64,000 bases of DNA from Candidatus Poribacteria bacterium (GTDB taxonomy: Bacteria; Poribacteria; WGA-4E; GCA-2687025): assembly GCA_963665845.2 (NCBI GenBank), contig OY762492.1, positions 1-64,000 of the forward strand, given 5' to 3'. A program made the position numbers and the translations under genes. Shown one piece after another: positions 18,009-28,200 of this stretch. Position 1 is the first letter of the stretch; every line of letters begins with the position of its first letter. The notes under the pieces were generated by a model. It made no database searches, was not told the DNA's origin, and saw only the letters and a program-made list of their open reading frames with translations.

Positions 18009-19286
18009 ATGCGCCGTCTTCCCATCGGGCGTAAAAGCGCCGGCGCGCTCGCCCTGCGCGTCATGAGCCTCGCCTCCTTTTACGCGATGCACATACTCAT
18101 CGCGCAAAAAATAGGCAGGGATGAGTACGGCATCTTCGCCGCCGCCTTTGCCGCCGCCGGCCTCATCGCCGCGGTCGGCTCCTTGGGTTTGCCGGCGGCG
18201 GCGGAGCGGTTCACCGCGCAGTATGTTGAGCAGAAAAAACCGAGCCTGCTGATTGGACTCGTTGCCCGTTCACAGCTGTTGACGTTCTTATTGTCCCTCG
18301 CCGCCGGCGTCTTGACCTTCGCCGCGGCATCGCTTCCTTTTTTAGAAACGCGCCCCGCTCTGCGCATCAGCCTCCAGATGTCCGCCTTCATCGCTCCCGC
18401 CGCCGCGCTTTTGCGGCTGCAGCGGCGCGCCTATGTCGGCTTAGAGCGGGTCAAAACCAGCTTTGTCGGCGAAACGATCGCCTGGCCCGCGCTGACAGCG
18501 GGCGCCGTTTTCGCGGCGCCGCTCGCGTTCAAAGCGGTTCACACAACCCCATGGATCTGCGGCGCAGGCGTTCTCATCGTCCTCTTTCAATGGAAAAACC
18601 TGCGCTCCTTGACCCGCCGACTCATCGGAAACGCGCGCCCTGAATATGAGACGCGGACATGGGTGCGCGTCGCGGCGCCCTCCGCTCTCGGCGCGGCGAG
18701 CCAGATCGTGATGCAGCGCGCCGGCCTCTTCGCCGCGATCTATCTGCTAGGCGAAGGCGACGCCGGCGTCTACGGCGCCGCCCAGCGCATCGCAAGCCTC
18801 ATCGCGCTCATGCTGTACGCTGTCCGTTCGGTTGCCGCGCCGATGTTCGCCTCCTCGTTTCACGGGGGCAAGATTGACCAGTTTCGCCATGCGGCGCTTC
18901 GGTCGATGGCATGGTCGTTTGCGGGGGCGGTTCCGTTTGCGGCGGCGGGTCTGCTTTTTCCGGAGTTTTTAATGGGCATGTTCGGCGGCGACTTCCGCGG
19001 CGGCGCCGTCATCGTCCGCATTCTCGTCCTTGGACAGCTGGTCAACGCGGCGACCGGACCCGTCGGAACGGCGCTTCAGATGACAGGGCATGAGCGTACC
19101 TACGCCGCCGCTCAAACCGTCTTCGCCGTTTTGAATCTGGGCGCATGCGCCGCCGCCGCTGTCCATTTCGACCTGATCGGAATCGCCGTTGCCGCTTCAT
19201 GCGGACGAGCGGCGCTGAACGCATGGCTTTTTTTAAAAATGCGCCTAATATGGACTACGCCGCCGGCGGATCGCCTAGACGATTGA
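18009..19286 (+). CDS. Wzx-like oligosaccharide flippase (MOP superfamily)
   Basis: About 12 TM helices; 'IGRDEYGIF', 'AGVYGAAQRIA', 'GPVGTALQMTGHER'. Confidence 0.85.
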   Translation: MRRLPIGRKSAGALALRVMSLASFYAMHILIAQKIGRDEYGIFAAAFAAAGLIAAVGSLGLPAAAERFTAQYVEQKKPSLLIGLVARSQLLTFLLSLAAGVLTFAAASLPFLETRPALRISLQMSAFIAPAAALLRLQRRAYVGLERVKTSFVGETIAWPALTAGAVFAAPLAFKAVHTTPWICGAGVLIVLFQWKNLRSLTRRLIGNARPEYETRTWVRVAAPSALGAASQIVMQRAGLFAAIYLLGEGDAGVYGAAQRIASLIALMLYAVRSVAAPMFASSFHGGKIDQFRHAALRSMAWSFAGAVPFAAAGLLFPEFLMGMFGGDFRGGAVIVRILVLGQLVNAATGPVGTALQMTGHERTYAAAQTVFAVLNLGACAAAAVHFDLIGIAVAASCGRAALNAWLFLKMRLIWTTPPADRLDD

Positions 19287-20004
19287 CGCCCGCCCGATCC
19301 TCTCCGCTGACCAGTATGTTGTAATGGTCGGGAAAAAGGCGGCGGCTTTCCACCCGCACAAACGGAACTGTCACCCGAACCGCGAGACCGAGCCGCCGCT
19401 GCTCCGACCGGTTCGGCTCCGATTGATGAAGCGTCCGCTCCGTAAACAGAAAAAACTGCCCAGGGCGCAGCTCCATCGGCTCCGCCCGCTCCGCCTCCAC
19501 ATAGGCGGGGTCCGCCATTTCCCCAAACGCCATCTCCTTCCCCGCCCTCACATGCGGAACCGGCGCCATGTGCGACCCAGGTATGAGACGAACGCATGAG
19601 GTTTCCAGCGTCGCCTCGTCAATGGCGATCCAGGCGCTGATGTTGACAGGCGGCTCAATCGGCCAGTAGTTCATGTCCTGATGCCATGGGATTTCCTTCG
19701 CCCCAGGCTCTTTTTGAAAAAAGTTGGAACGCCACAGCAGCAGATCCGGTCCGTAAACGCCCGCCATGCGCCGAATCACCGCTGGATGCGCGCACAGATC
19801 GTACACAATGCGCTTGTCTAAATGGCGCGACTGATGAACATTGTTCGGCAGATGCGGCGAACCTTTTGACAGAACATCCGCCTCCATCTCGCGCCGTATG
19901 TCCGCCATCTCCGCGGCGGAGCAAAGATCAAACGGGCCGAGGAACCCGTCCCGCCGAAACTGCTCCGCCTGCTCTGCCGTCAGCGCATGGTTCTCAACCG
20001 CCAT
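19255..20004 (-). CDS. Phytanoyl-CoA dioxygenase (PhyH) family protein
   Basis: 'FRRDGF', 'PWHQD' HxD, 'WIAID', 'IPGSH', 'LHQSEPN..RR'. Confidence 0.92.
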   Translation of the reverse strand: MAVENHALTAEQAEQFRRDGFLGPFDLCSAAEMADIRREMEADVLSKGSPHLPNNVHQSRHLDKRIVYDLCAHPAVIRRMAGVYGPDLLLWRSNFFQKEPGAKEIPWHQDMNYWPIEPPVNISAWIAIDEATLETSCVRLIPGSHMAPVPHVRAGKEMAFGEMADPAYVEAERAEPMELRPGQFFLFTERTLHQSEPNRSEQRRLGLAVRVTVPFVRVESRRLFPDHYNILVSGEDRAGVNRLGDPPAA

Positions 20005-20027
20005 CTTCGCCTCCGTCCGTTGTTCCG

Positions 20028-20828
20028 TCAGTTATCGAAGTGGGGCGAGAGCGCGTCGTAAGTGCGCTGCGCGATATCGTCCACCTGCTCCAGGCTCATC
20101 TCGCGCATCCCGACGATCTCGACGGCAACATGCTCCAGATCGGTCGTGTTCATCTCTTTGGCGATGGCTGCCAAGGGAAGGGCGCCGCCGCCCGGAACCT
20201 GCGTATCAACCGACCCGATTCCGCGCTCGCGGCTCAAGGTGTCTCGGATGCGCAGCGTGGCGATGTGCGGTTTCAGCTGACGCAGCGATTCGACAGGGTC
20301 CTCTTCCTCCGGCGTCCGCCAGATATGGCTCGCGTCCCAGTTGAGTCCGACCGCGTCGCTCTGTATCTCTTTCATGAAGCGGAGAGCCGTCTTCGTGTTG
20401 TAGACGCTTCCGCCGACATGCGGTTTGACGCTGATTTTGACGCCTGCCGCTTCGGCGTATTCGCCGAGGGCGCCGATGCCGTCAACCGCGGCTTTGAAGT
20501 CGTCCTCGTTGTCGGATCGGCCGGTCGGGCCGGAGGCGATGGCGGGGGCGCGCAGCGCGGCGGCAATGTCGATGAGCCGCTTGCACCTGTCTGGGTTGCC
20601 GAGGCTCCCGCTGGCGCCGATCGACTCTATCGCCAGCCCGTTCTGGTCTAACATGGCGCGGATAGCGACGATCTCGGCGTTCAGCACATCCGTTTCAAGA
20701 TGAGGAGCCATTCCTCCAAGCGCGCACAACTCCACCGACTTGTAGCCGATCTTTGAAATCCGCTGCAGCGCCGTGTTGAGCGACTGCCCGCCGTAAAGAA
20801 TTGTGCTGCATCCAAGTTTGAGCGCCAT
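20028..20828 (-). CDS. Sugar phosphate isomerase/epimerase (AP endonuclease 2 TIM barrel)
   Basis: 'GYKSVEL', 'KPH', 'GLNWDASH', 'VPGGGALP', 'AVE'. Confidence 0.85.
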   Translation of the reverse strand: MALKLGCSTILYGGQSLNTALQRISKIGYKSVELCALGGMAPHLETDVLNAEIVAIRAMLDQNGLAIESIGASGSLGNPDRCKRLIDIAAALRAPAIASGPTGRSDNEDDFKAAVDGIGALGEYAEAAGVKISVKPHVGGSVYNTKTALRFMKEIQSDAVGLNWDASHIWRTPEEEDPVESLRQLKPHIATLRIRDTLSRERGIGSVDTQVPGGGALPLAAIAKEMNTTDLEHVAVEIVGMREMSLEQVDDIAQRTYDALSPHFDN

Positions 20829-20863
20829 CAAATACATCCTTTCATCAGTGAGTAAGCCCGCAA

Positions 20864-20892
20864 AGTTTAAACCGCCTCCGCCGCCGTGTCAA
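20864..20892 (-). promoter_or_regulatory. sigma70 promoter for isomerase-PhyH pair
   Basis: TTGACA-17 nt-TAAACT on the minus strand. Confidence 0.6.
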
Positions 20893-20917
20893 CTATCCTC
20901 AATTCAATCGGGCAAGG

Positions 20918-23143
20918 TCAGCGGCGTTTCAGATGTCGGTCGAACCACTCAAAGACGCGCCGCCAGTAGTCGGCGAGCATTTCGTTAGACCAGTTGCCTG
21001 GGGCGTGGTCGCCTCCCTTGTATTTCAACAGCGCGACCTCTTTTCCAAGATAGGAAAGCCCCTCATACATCTCCCTCGCGCGCTCAAAAGGAACATGATC
21101 CTCTTCTCCATGGATCAGAAGCAGCGGCGTCTCCACCTTGTCTAGATGAAAAACGGGCGACCCGTCCAGATACCGCTGCGGATACTCCCATAAAGAGCCG
21201 CCCATTCCCCCGTCGCCCGCCTCAATATAGCCGCTGCTGCCGGTTAAGAATTCGGTGACGAGGTTGCCGAAAGAGGCGACCGCAACCGCCGCCTTGAACC
21301 GCCGCGTCTGCGTGAGAAGAACATTCACCGCGTAGCCGCCAAAACTCGCGCCGACGACCCCAACCCGTTCAGAATCCACCCTAGGCGATGCCGCAGCCGC
21401 TTCCACCGCCGGAAGAACGGCGCTCGAAAACCCTTTATACGGCTCCTCCTCCTCTACAGGAAAATCGGGCAGCAGGACCGCATATCCGCCCGACAGAAAC
21501 ATGCTCGGATGCTCTCCCGATATGTCCCATCCCCACGCAAACTCATCGATATAATGCGAAGGCATGTCGTCTGGATAGACGACAGCGACCAGCGGCGCGG
21601 GGTTTTTCTCGGAGGCGTCAGGCGGAAGCGCGAGGATTCCCCTATACCGCTGTCCGTTCTCCAGCGTCCATTCAACCAGCTCGGTTTCGCCGAAAGCGTC
21701 CGCCTGCAGACGCGGGTTGATGTCTGTAATGCGCCTCGGCGATTCAAGACCGGCGCCGGCGATCCATACATTCGGCGGCTCTTGCGCGCTCGCGGCGACG
21801 TAGATAAAACGCCCCGCCTTCTCCGCCGCGTCTTGACAAAACCTGCCTGCATGAAACTCGCGCCGCTCGTCCTTGTACAGAAGCTCTGAAGCGCCGTTCG
21901 TCAGATCGATCCAGTAAAAACTGCTGCCGGATCGTACCGCAACCCGCTGCCCGACAATCCAAGGCGCGTACCCTTCGCTTGGATAAAGAACATCATGAAT
22001 GTCATGCTCAAACGCTTCCGTCAAATTCTGAATGCCGCTGCCGTTCAAGGGGACTTTCCACAGCTGCCTTTTCTTTATACAGAGAAGCGCCTCGCCGCCT
22101 AACCACAGCGGCGGCTGATAATGCCTGCCGAGATCCAGCTCCGTATTTTCAGTGAGAAAGCGCATCTCTCCCGTTTCAATATCAACGACGCGCGCATTCC
22201 CCGCCGCCAATTTTCCGCCTTCGCCTCCTGTTGTCCAGGCGACGTATCGAGAGTTCGGCGACCAGCTGATCGTGATCCCGTATGCGAGCCGTATTCGACG
22301 CGCCAGAGGCTTAACGGCCGCCGCGCCGTTCTCTGCCAGCTTCTTCGGAAGAGAAACGGCGTACAGGTCGAAGATCTGCTGCTGCGCCGCGGGCGTTTCA
22401 GAGCCTAAGGCGACCGTAACAGCGGCGTATTTTCCGTTCGGGGCAATATCGAAGCTTCGAACGTTGTATCCCTCCATCAACGGAAACGCGGCGCCTGTTT
22501 CGGCGTTTGCGATCGCCAGCTCTATGTTTGCCCGTCCCTGTTTCTCCGCTTTAGGCTCTTCAGACGGCCTGTTTTGTGGAGCTGGCTCGCTGTCCGCTTC
22601 TGTCAAAGTCCAGCCCCGCATTTCCACAAAGGAGCTTTCATGCGAGTCGGCAGGAGATTCAGCTTCCGATTGGACGGGCGGGAGTTCTTCAGACGACAAG
22701 GTTTTGAAAAGAATGTATCGCCCGTCGGGCGTCCATTTGGGAACCTCAAACCCGAAGAGCGTCCGAACAGGTTTGGAGTCGACAGCGCGCATTTCGTCCG
22801 ATTCGCGCTCCCAGATATAGAGCAGCGGAAAGCCTGCCTTATCCGAGAAGAAGGCGAGCCGCTTCCCGTCAGGAGACCATCTCGGCGCCCAGCTGGAACC
22901 CCATCCAGGCGTGAGGCAGCGGCTTTCGCCTGTTTGCGCGTTTGCGATCCAGACCGTTCCGCGCTCCATCTCATACATGACGCCTGTTTCAGAATAGAGC
23001 GAGAAGCCGGCGCTGCCGCCTTGTTCGCGATTCTGCGTCGTTGTGTTGTAAGCAATCCAGTTTCCGTCGGGCGTTAGATGTATCGGAACGCGCGTCGCAA
23101 AGCTGCTGAATTGAAGCAGACTTTCAAAGTGAGAAGACGGCAT
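20918..23143 (-). CDS. S9 (prolyl oligopeptidase/acylaminoacyl peptidase) family serine peptidase
   Basis: TolB-like 'PRWSPDGKRLAF' propeller; 'GASFGG' nucleophile, 'HGEED', 'GGDH'. Confidence 0.92.
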   Translation of the reverse strand: MPSSHFESLLQFSSFATRVPIHLTPDGNWIAYNTTTQNREQGGSAGFSLYSETGVMYEMERGTVWIANAQTGESRCLTPGWGSSWAPRWSPDGKRLAFFSDKAGFPLLYIWERESDEMRAVDSKPVRTLFGFEVPKWTPDGRYILFKTLSSEELPPVQSEAESPADSHESSFVEMRGWTLTEADSEPAPQNRPSEEPKAEKQGRANIELAIANAETGAAFPLMEGYNVRSFDIAPNGKYAAVTVALGSETPAAQQQIFDLYAVSLPKKLAENGAAAVKPLARRIRLAYGITISWSPNSRYVAWTTGGEGGKLAAGNARVVDIETGEMRFLTENTELDLGRHYQPPLWLGGEALLCIKKRQLWKVPLNGSGIQNLTEAFEHDIHDVLYPSEGYAPWIVGQRVAVRSGSSFYWIDLTNGASELLYKDERREFHAGRFCQDAAEKAGRFIYVAASAQEPPNVWIAGAGLESPRRITDINPRLQADAFGETELVEWTLENGQRYRGILALPPDASEKNPAPLVAVVYPDDMPSHYIDEFAWGWDISGEHPSMFLSGGYAVLLPDFPVEEEEPYKGFSSAVLPAVEAAAASPRVDSERVGVVGASFGGYAVNVLLTQTRRFKAAVAVASFGNLVTEFLTGSSGYIEAGDGGMGGSLWEYPQRYLDGSPVFHLDKVETPLLLIHGEEDHVPFERAREMYEGLSYLGKEVALLKYKGGDHAPGNWSNEMLADYWRRVFEWFDRHLKRR

Positions 23144-23220
23144 CTTTTCTCTCAAAGTTGAAATGCGTTGAGTCGGGCAATACATCATAACGCGCGCATC
23201 CCTTTGCCGTCCACTTTTAG

Positions 23221-23370
23221 TAGTACGCTCATACGGGGATATTCGAGGCGCGGCGTCCGATTCCCCCCTTGAAAAGGGGGGCTAGGAGGGTTTAAAGGAC
23301 GGGCGCGACGGCTGCGATGCCTTAAGATTCCCGCTTACGCGGGAATGACGACCCGGTTGGCGACGCCTTT
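23221..23370 (+). repeat. Composite repeat (~130-150 bp): TAGTACGC..ATACGGGGATATT + C/G hairpin + GATTCCC..GGGAATGAC
   Basis: Colinear with the reverse complement of 37933-38087. Confidence 0.88.
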
Positions 23371-23374
23371 CCGC

Positions 23375-25180
23375 TCAAGAAGCCTCTATATCCAAAACCG
23401 CCTCTCGAAACGCGCCTAAATCGCGCCCTCTATGGACAATATGAAACGGTATCGGCGTTCGTTTGGCGTCCGCGTTGGGCGGTATCGGCAAACGAAACGC
23501 CGCCGCCCCAACCGACTTCGACGGCGTACGGATCTCCGCCTCATCTTGAACATGCCAACCGGGCGGCAGCAGAGGGCGTATCTGCGTCGTGGACGCGTCG
23601 GCGGAATGGTTTGTGATTTCCACCCGTATCGTTGCCGTCCCGCCCGCTTGAACCGTCTGCGCATACGGATCGCAGCGCGCCCAGTGCGGATCCAACCCGT
23701 AATTCGCATGGTCCCAAGGGACAAGCTCGCCGAACAGCGTCTCCCGCTCGCGCAGAATGGCGCGCATCGCCTGAAGCTGTCCGTCCGTAAACCGAAACGG
23801 CTGCTCAACATGGCAATTAAAGAGATGCGTCGGCTTGAGCCGTTCGATGAGCCTCAAGCACCGATCGTATCCGACCCCCTCTCCCAGCAGGTTCCGGTTG
23901 GCGGCGCAGTAGTCGTCCATCCCTGACGGCGTGAACGAGTCGCCCGCAAACAGCAGGCGCATCCCGCGCCCCTCCACCAGCAGCCCGCCATGGTAGTAGG
24001 TCTGCCCAGGGAAGAAGAACGATGTCATCCAAAACTCGTTCCAGCGCCAAGACTCCCCGTCCGCCGGCTCATGGTCAATGCGCGCCTCCGCCTCCGACAA
24101 ACACGGAATGCGCCAATCCCGCGGACGCTTCACAACATCCGCGACAACGGGCGAAGCCCATGTCGGAACGTCAAACTGCCGCTGAAACTCCGGGACGGCG
24201 TCCACATGATCGTCATGGTAATGGGTGATCCAGAAGCCGGTTATTTTGGAAATATCCCCCGCCTCAATCCATTTTTCAAATGTGTCAACGACGCGCGGCG
24301 TTCCGCAGTCCATGACAAACGCCTCCCCGCTCTCCGACAGGACTGCCCATGTCGTGCCGATCTTCCTCAAAAACGGCGGCGTCTCCAGCGTCTCGCCGAA
24401 CGGCATATGCCCCTCCGCGCCGTCAAACTCGCCAAACACTTCAGGGAAATAATGCCGAACCGCCGACGCGGCGACATACCGATCATAACACCGCTCAAGC
24501 CGCTCTGCCAGCAGTTCAACCGCCGCGGACGGATTCTCTATCGGCGCGCCGTGCGACGGAACAATCAGATCAGGCTTCCATTCAAGAATGCGCCGCAAAC
24601 TTCCGATCAGCTCATCGCGCGTTCCTAAAAATCCGTGGTAGTCGGTGAAGAAGGCGAACCGCTTTTGCATGCTATGGACATCCCACACCTGCCCCGGTCC
24701 GTAGATCAGATCGCCGGTGAACGCCGCCCGAACGCCGTCCGCCTCGATCAGATAGCTCATTCCGCCGTCCGTGTGTCCGGGAGTCGCAACCGCCCAAACG
24801 CGCGCGCCGCCCCATTCAACGCAGTCGCTATCCTCCAAGAAGCCGTCCACATGCATCGATTCGGTCAAAAGCGGCGGCGTCGGGCGGTCGTTGTAAAGAT
24901 GGTACTGCGCTTCGGGTCCTGTCCATCGCTCCGTTGCGTTTTCAAACATTTCGCGCTCGGCGGCGGGGGCGTACACTTTTGGACGGACGACAAACTCCTC
25001 CAGCCCCGCCGTCTGATCCCGATGCCCATGCGTGAACAGAACGCGCGCCGCAGGTCCAACCGCCTTCGCGATTCCCGACGCGCAATCGATGAGCAGCGTT
25101 TCGCCGTTTTCTTTTTTGTTAAGGACGCCGACATGGACGGCGCCTTCATAGATCGACAAGCTTTTGCTGATGTTCCGCAT
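23375..25180 (-). CDS. Tandem two-domain MBL-fold metallo-hydrolase with C-terminal Ig-like domain
   Basis: 'THGHRDQ..TPGHT..FTGD' and 'THYHDDH..PGQT..FAGD'. Confidence 0.85.
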   Translation of the reverse strand: MRNISKSLSIYEGAVHVGVLNKKENGETLLIDCASGIAKAVGPAARVLFTHGHRDQTAGLEEFVVRPKVYAPAAEREMFENATERWTGPEAQYHLYNDRPTPPLLTESMHVDGFLEDSDCVEWGGARVWAVATPGHTDGGMSYLIEADGVRAAFTGDLIYGPGQVWDVHSMQKRFAFFTDYHGFLGTRDELIGSLRRILEWKPDLIVPSHGAPIENPSAAVELLAERLERCYDRYVAASAVRHYFPEVFGEFDGAEGHMPFGETLETPPFLRKIGTTWAVLSESGEAFVMDCGTPRVVDTFEKWIEAGDISKITGFWITHYHDDHVDAVPEFQRQFDVPTWASPVVADVVKRPRDWRIPCLSEAEARIDHEPADGESWRWNEFWMTSFFFPGQTYYHGGLLVEGRGMRLLFAGDSFTPSGMDDYCAANRNLLGEGVGYDRCLRLIERLKPTHLFNCHVEQPFRFTDGQLQAMRAILRERETLFGELVPWDHANYGLDPHWARCDPYAQTVQAGGTATIRVEITNHSADASTTQIRPLLPPGWHVQDEAEIRTPSKSVGAAAFRLPIPPNADAKRTPIPFHIVHRGRDLGAFREAVLDIEAS

Positions 25181-25194
25181 GGATGCCCTCTTCG

Positions 25195-26028
25195 TCAACT
25201 GTTTTCGCCGCGGTCCAATTGCGCCCATTCCGCTTTCGGGCGTCCGCCGCTTGAGTCCCACATCCATCGATCCGTGTACGGTTCCCGCGCTTCGATGCCG
25301 AAGATGACGCGCCCTTCAGGTCCGGCGCGCTCCAAAACCTCCGGCTTCACGATGCGCCCCAGGTCCGCCTCTCCCCGAAGCCACCGCCGGCGCCATGGAG
25401 TCATGACAGCGTATCTCGTCGCCGACCCGCGATGCGCAGAGGCGCCATGCCACGCGCAGATGTTGAAGATGAGAACCGATCCGCGCGGCGCCTCAATGAC
25501 GCGCGCCAGCCGCGTGTCGCGTATCGGCTCGCGCATCGGGTAAAGATGGCTGCCGGGGACAACGCGCGTCGCGCCGTTCTCTTTCGTGTAGTCGCTGACG
25601 CAGAAGACCACATTGAACCCCAGCACATGGCTTGTGATGCGCCTGCCGCCGTCCGCCTCCGCAAGCGGTCTGTTTGGACCCGTGATGGAGCCGTCCGCAT
25701 GAAGCCCCTGCTCGCCCGCCCCTGGAAAGACGATATGCGCCTGAACGGAACTCAACACCGCGTCGTCGCCCAGAAAATGCCGTATCACCCGCAGAAGCGG
25801 CGGCAGCTGATACACCCGTTCAAAGACGCGCGCCTTGTTGAACAGGTTATACACCTGCGTTCCATGGGCGCCGTAGGGCGACCCCGGCAGATCCGCCTCC
25901 TCCTTCATCAACCTCTCCAGCTGACGCTCCGCCTCAACGCACTCCTCCGCGGTCAACATGTTCGGCAAAACGGAATACCCATGCAGCTGAACCCGCTGGA
26001 TATGTTCCGAGATTTCCTGTTCAGTCAT
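25195..26028 (-). CDS. Phytanoyl-CoA dioxygenase (PhyH) family protein
   Basis: 'LHAD' HxD, 'NGATRVVPGSH', 'WHGAS'. Confidence 0.9.
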   Translation of the reverse strand: MTEQEISEHIQRVQLHGYSVLPNMLTAEECVEAERQLERLMKEEADLPGSPYGAHGTQVYNLFNKARVFERVYQLPPLLRVIRHFLGDDAVLSSVQAHIVFPGAGEQGLHADGSITGPNRPLAEADGGRRITSHVLGFNVVFCVSDYTKENGATRVVPGSHLYPMREPIRDTRLARVIEAPRGSVLIFNICAWHGASAHRGSATRYAVMTPWRRRWLRGEADLGRIVKPEVLERAGPEGRVIFGIEAREPYTDRWMWDSSGGRPKAEWAQLDRGENS

Positions 26029-26786
26029 TGTTCGCCTTTCAACGCATGCGCATACAGCGCCTCATAATACGGTCGGCATTCCTCAAGCAAGGGGCTTAGC
26101 TCGTCGGGAAACGGCTCTGTTTTTGGGCGGTAGGGCTGAAATCCGCTCGACTTATGCGTGTTCGCATACCAGTGGGAAGCCCAGACGCCGTCTTCAGGGC
26201 GACCGCCCGTCTCCCATGAGAGCATGTCCTCGCTGAACTCCAGCTCAAGACGCCCGCACAGCTGCGCCAACACGCCCCGCGGGTTCAACAGCAGCTCGCG
26301 CGAGTCGATCACGGGCGGCGACTGCCCTAGTTTTTGAAGCTGCTCAAACAGCTCATGCTGCGCGCGGTAGCCCGTGTCGTTCTGCGCGATCTCGCCCAGC
26401 GCCTTTTGAAGCGACGGCAGCATGTCGACAGGGTCGCGCGTCAACAGAACGTTCGTCACCTCCTCTAAAAAACCGCGCCCCATCTGTATCAGGTGATGCG
26501 TCATCATCTTCATGAACAGAACGGGGCGGTCGCACGGTCCGAGGATGAGATCGCGCGCCACTTTTTCTCCGTCGCATTCCATCGACTCCATCGCCTCTTT
26601 TTTTAAAGGATGATCGGCGCCGGACGCGCGCAGATAATGCCCGTAAAGCGGCTCGTCCACAACGCGCGTGTCAGGGCGCTGCGCGAAGGCGTACATGATC
26701 GCCGTCGATACGTTCCGCGGGCTTGACCAGAGGCAGATGCGCTTTACCCCCGACGGCGCAGGCGCCTCTTGCGGTAAAATGTCCAA
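26025..26786 (-). CDS. Sulfotransferase-like protein (P-loop, Sulfotransfer_5 type)
   Basis: 'WSSPRNVSTAIMYAF', 'DEPLY', 'LTRDP', 'DGVWASHWY'. Confidence 0.8.
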   Translation of the reverse strand: MDILPQEAPAPSGVKRICLWSSPRNVSTAIMYAFAQRPDTRVVDEPLYGHYLRASGADHPLKKEAMESMECDGEKVARDLILGPCDRPVLFMKMMTHHLIQMGRGFLEEVTNVLLTRDPVDMLPSLQKALGEIAQNDTGYRAQHELFEQLQKLGQSPPVIDSRELLLNPRGVLAQLCGRLELEFSEDMLSWETGGRPEDGVWASHWYANTHKSSGFQPYRPKTEPFPDELSPLLEECRPYYEALYAHALKGEQ

Positions 26787-26789
26787 CGT

Positions 26790-27788
26790 TCAGCTCCTCG
26801 GCAAAGGCAGATTAACGCGCGCGTTGCCGCGCCGCTGCGATTCTAAAAAGCCGCAGAAGATCTCGACGACCGCCGCGCCGTCCTCGCCGGTGGAGGCGGG
26901 CGCGCCGCCGTTTTCAACAACCCGAATCAGCTCTTGAACGCCGCCTTGAATGCCGGTCGCGCCATCGACCGCGGGCGGCTCTATGAAGGTCAACTCCCCG
27001 CTCTTAACCATCTCCCCCCGCCTGTCGTTCAAGAGCAGGTACCCGCCGCTCCCAACAACCTCAATCCGAAACTTTGGATCGGACCCGCGCTTCGTTCCGC
27101 CGGCGTAGTAGCCGCGAACGCCGTTCTCAAAATGGATGTAGCCGCTGGCGGACGGCTCCGTCTTCGGGTCATGTCCGCCGTCGCCGGCGTATTCTGTGTA
27201 GTTCTCATACCCATCCTCAAGGTGCGCGAAGACCCAGTCAGGCTTGGAACCGGCGAACCAGCAGACCGCGTCAATGAGATGCGTTCCGTTGCGGAACAGC
27301 ATGGCGCGGGCGCCGTTCAGCGTTCCGATCACGTACTGGACGGCGCCGATTTCGCCGCGTTCCCAGACTCGCTCATACGCGGCGCGCCAGAGCGGCTGCC
27401 ATCGGCGCGTGTGGTCGACCGCCAAGACGGTTCCGTTGGCGCGGCATGCCTCTAACATGCGGTCGGCGTCTTGAACGCTTGTCGCAAGCGGTTTTTCGCA
27501 AAATATGCCCCGCGCGCCCGCGTTCGCCGCGTCCACGACAATATCGGCATGCCGATGGTCCGATGTCGCCACCGTGACAACATCCAGTTTCGCTTCCGCC
27601 AGCATTTTCCGATGGTCGCTGTACATCTGAAGACGCGGAAAACGGTCTTTCCAATGGGCATGAAACGCGGCGCGCGCGCCTTCAACCAAATCGCAACCCG
27701 CCGCCACCTCCGCCGACTCAAGCCCCGCCGCTCCTGTAGCATGTTGAATCCCGATGCCTTTGCATCCGACAACGCCTACGCGAATCAT
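26790..27788 (-). CDS. Gfo/Idh/MocA family oxidoreductase
   Basis: 'VGVVGCKGIG', 'CEKPLA', 'GTHLID'. Confidence 0.92.
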   Translation of the reverse strand: MIRVGVVGCKGIGIQHATGAAGLESAEVAAGCDLVEGARAAFHAHWKDRFPRLQMYSDHRKMLAEAKLDVVTVATSDHRHADIVVDAANAGARGIFCEKPLATSVQDADRMLEACRANGTVLAVDHTRRWQPLWRAAYERVWERGEIGAVQYVIGTLNGARAMLFRNGTHLIDAVCWFAGSKPDWVFAHLEDGYENYTEYAGDGGHDPKTEPSASGYIHFENGVRGYYAGGTKRGSDPKFRIEVVGSGGYLLLNDRRGEMVKSGELTFIEPPAVDGATGIQGGVQELIRVVENGGAPASTGEDGAAVVEIFCGFLESQRRGNARVNLPLPRS

Positions 27789-28138
27789 CGTTTCTCTCCC
27801 GTCATGCGCCGATATGATCTGTCGGCTCTATTTTACACGTTCCCGCCGCTCTGCGCAGTGTGTCAATTTAAGCGCGCGACGTCCAATTTCGGCACACTCC
27901 TTCTGACCGCCCTACGTTTTGGTACGCATGCGTTTTCTGATTCGGTTGAGCCTTCCGCCTTGTTTCGTTTAAGGGATGAGCGCCGCTGGACGATTTTTAA
28001 AAAACGGGAAGAATCTAGCGTTCATGCGCCTTTCAACGCATTCTGCGCCTCATCATCCGCATGCGTCCATCTGGGAAAACGGCGCCAAGAATCCTCTTTC
28101 AGCGTCATCGAAACTCGCCGCTGCAGCGTTTATTGTAA

Positions 28139-28155
28139 CTGGCACGCTAATTGCT
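28139..28155 (+). promoter_or_regulatory. sigma54 (-24/-12) promoter
   Basis: CTGGCAC-GCTAA-TTGCT matches TGGCAC-N5-TTGC[A/T]; 45 nt upstream of an RBS-bearing ORF. Confidence 0.75.
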
Positions 28156-28200
28156 AGCGTTACAGGTGTAAGCATCGAGAGCAATGAAGGAGGGCGTAAA

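Noticed and set aside
19255-20004. PhyH proteins as Fe/2OG halogenases
   Set aside because: Both keep the HxD carboxylate (HQD here, HAD at 25195-26028); halogenases have HxG or HxA
27830-27870. TTGACA on the minus strand as the -35 for the oxidoreductase operon
   Set aside because: Spacing to TAAAAT is 25 nt, too long for a sigma70 promoter
27976-28200. Longer 156-aa version of the small ORF
   Set aside because: Would run through the sigma54 promoter; the strong RBS is at the 28201 start
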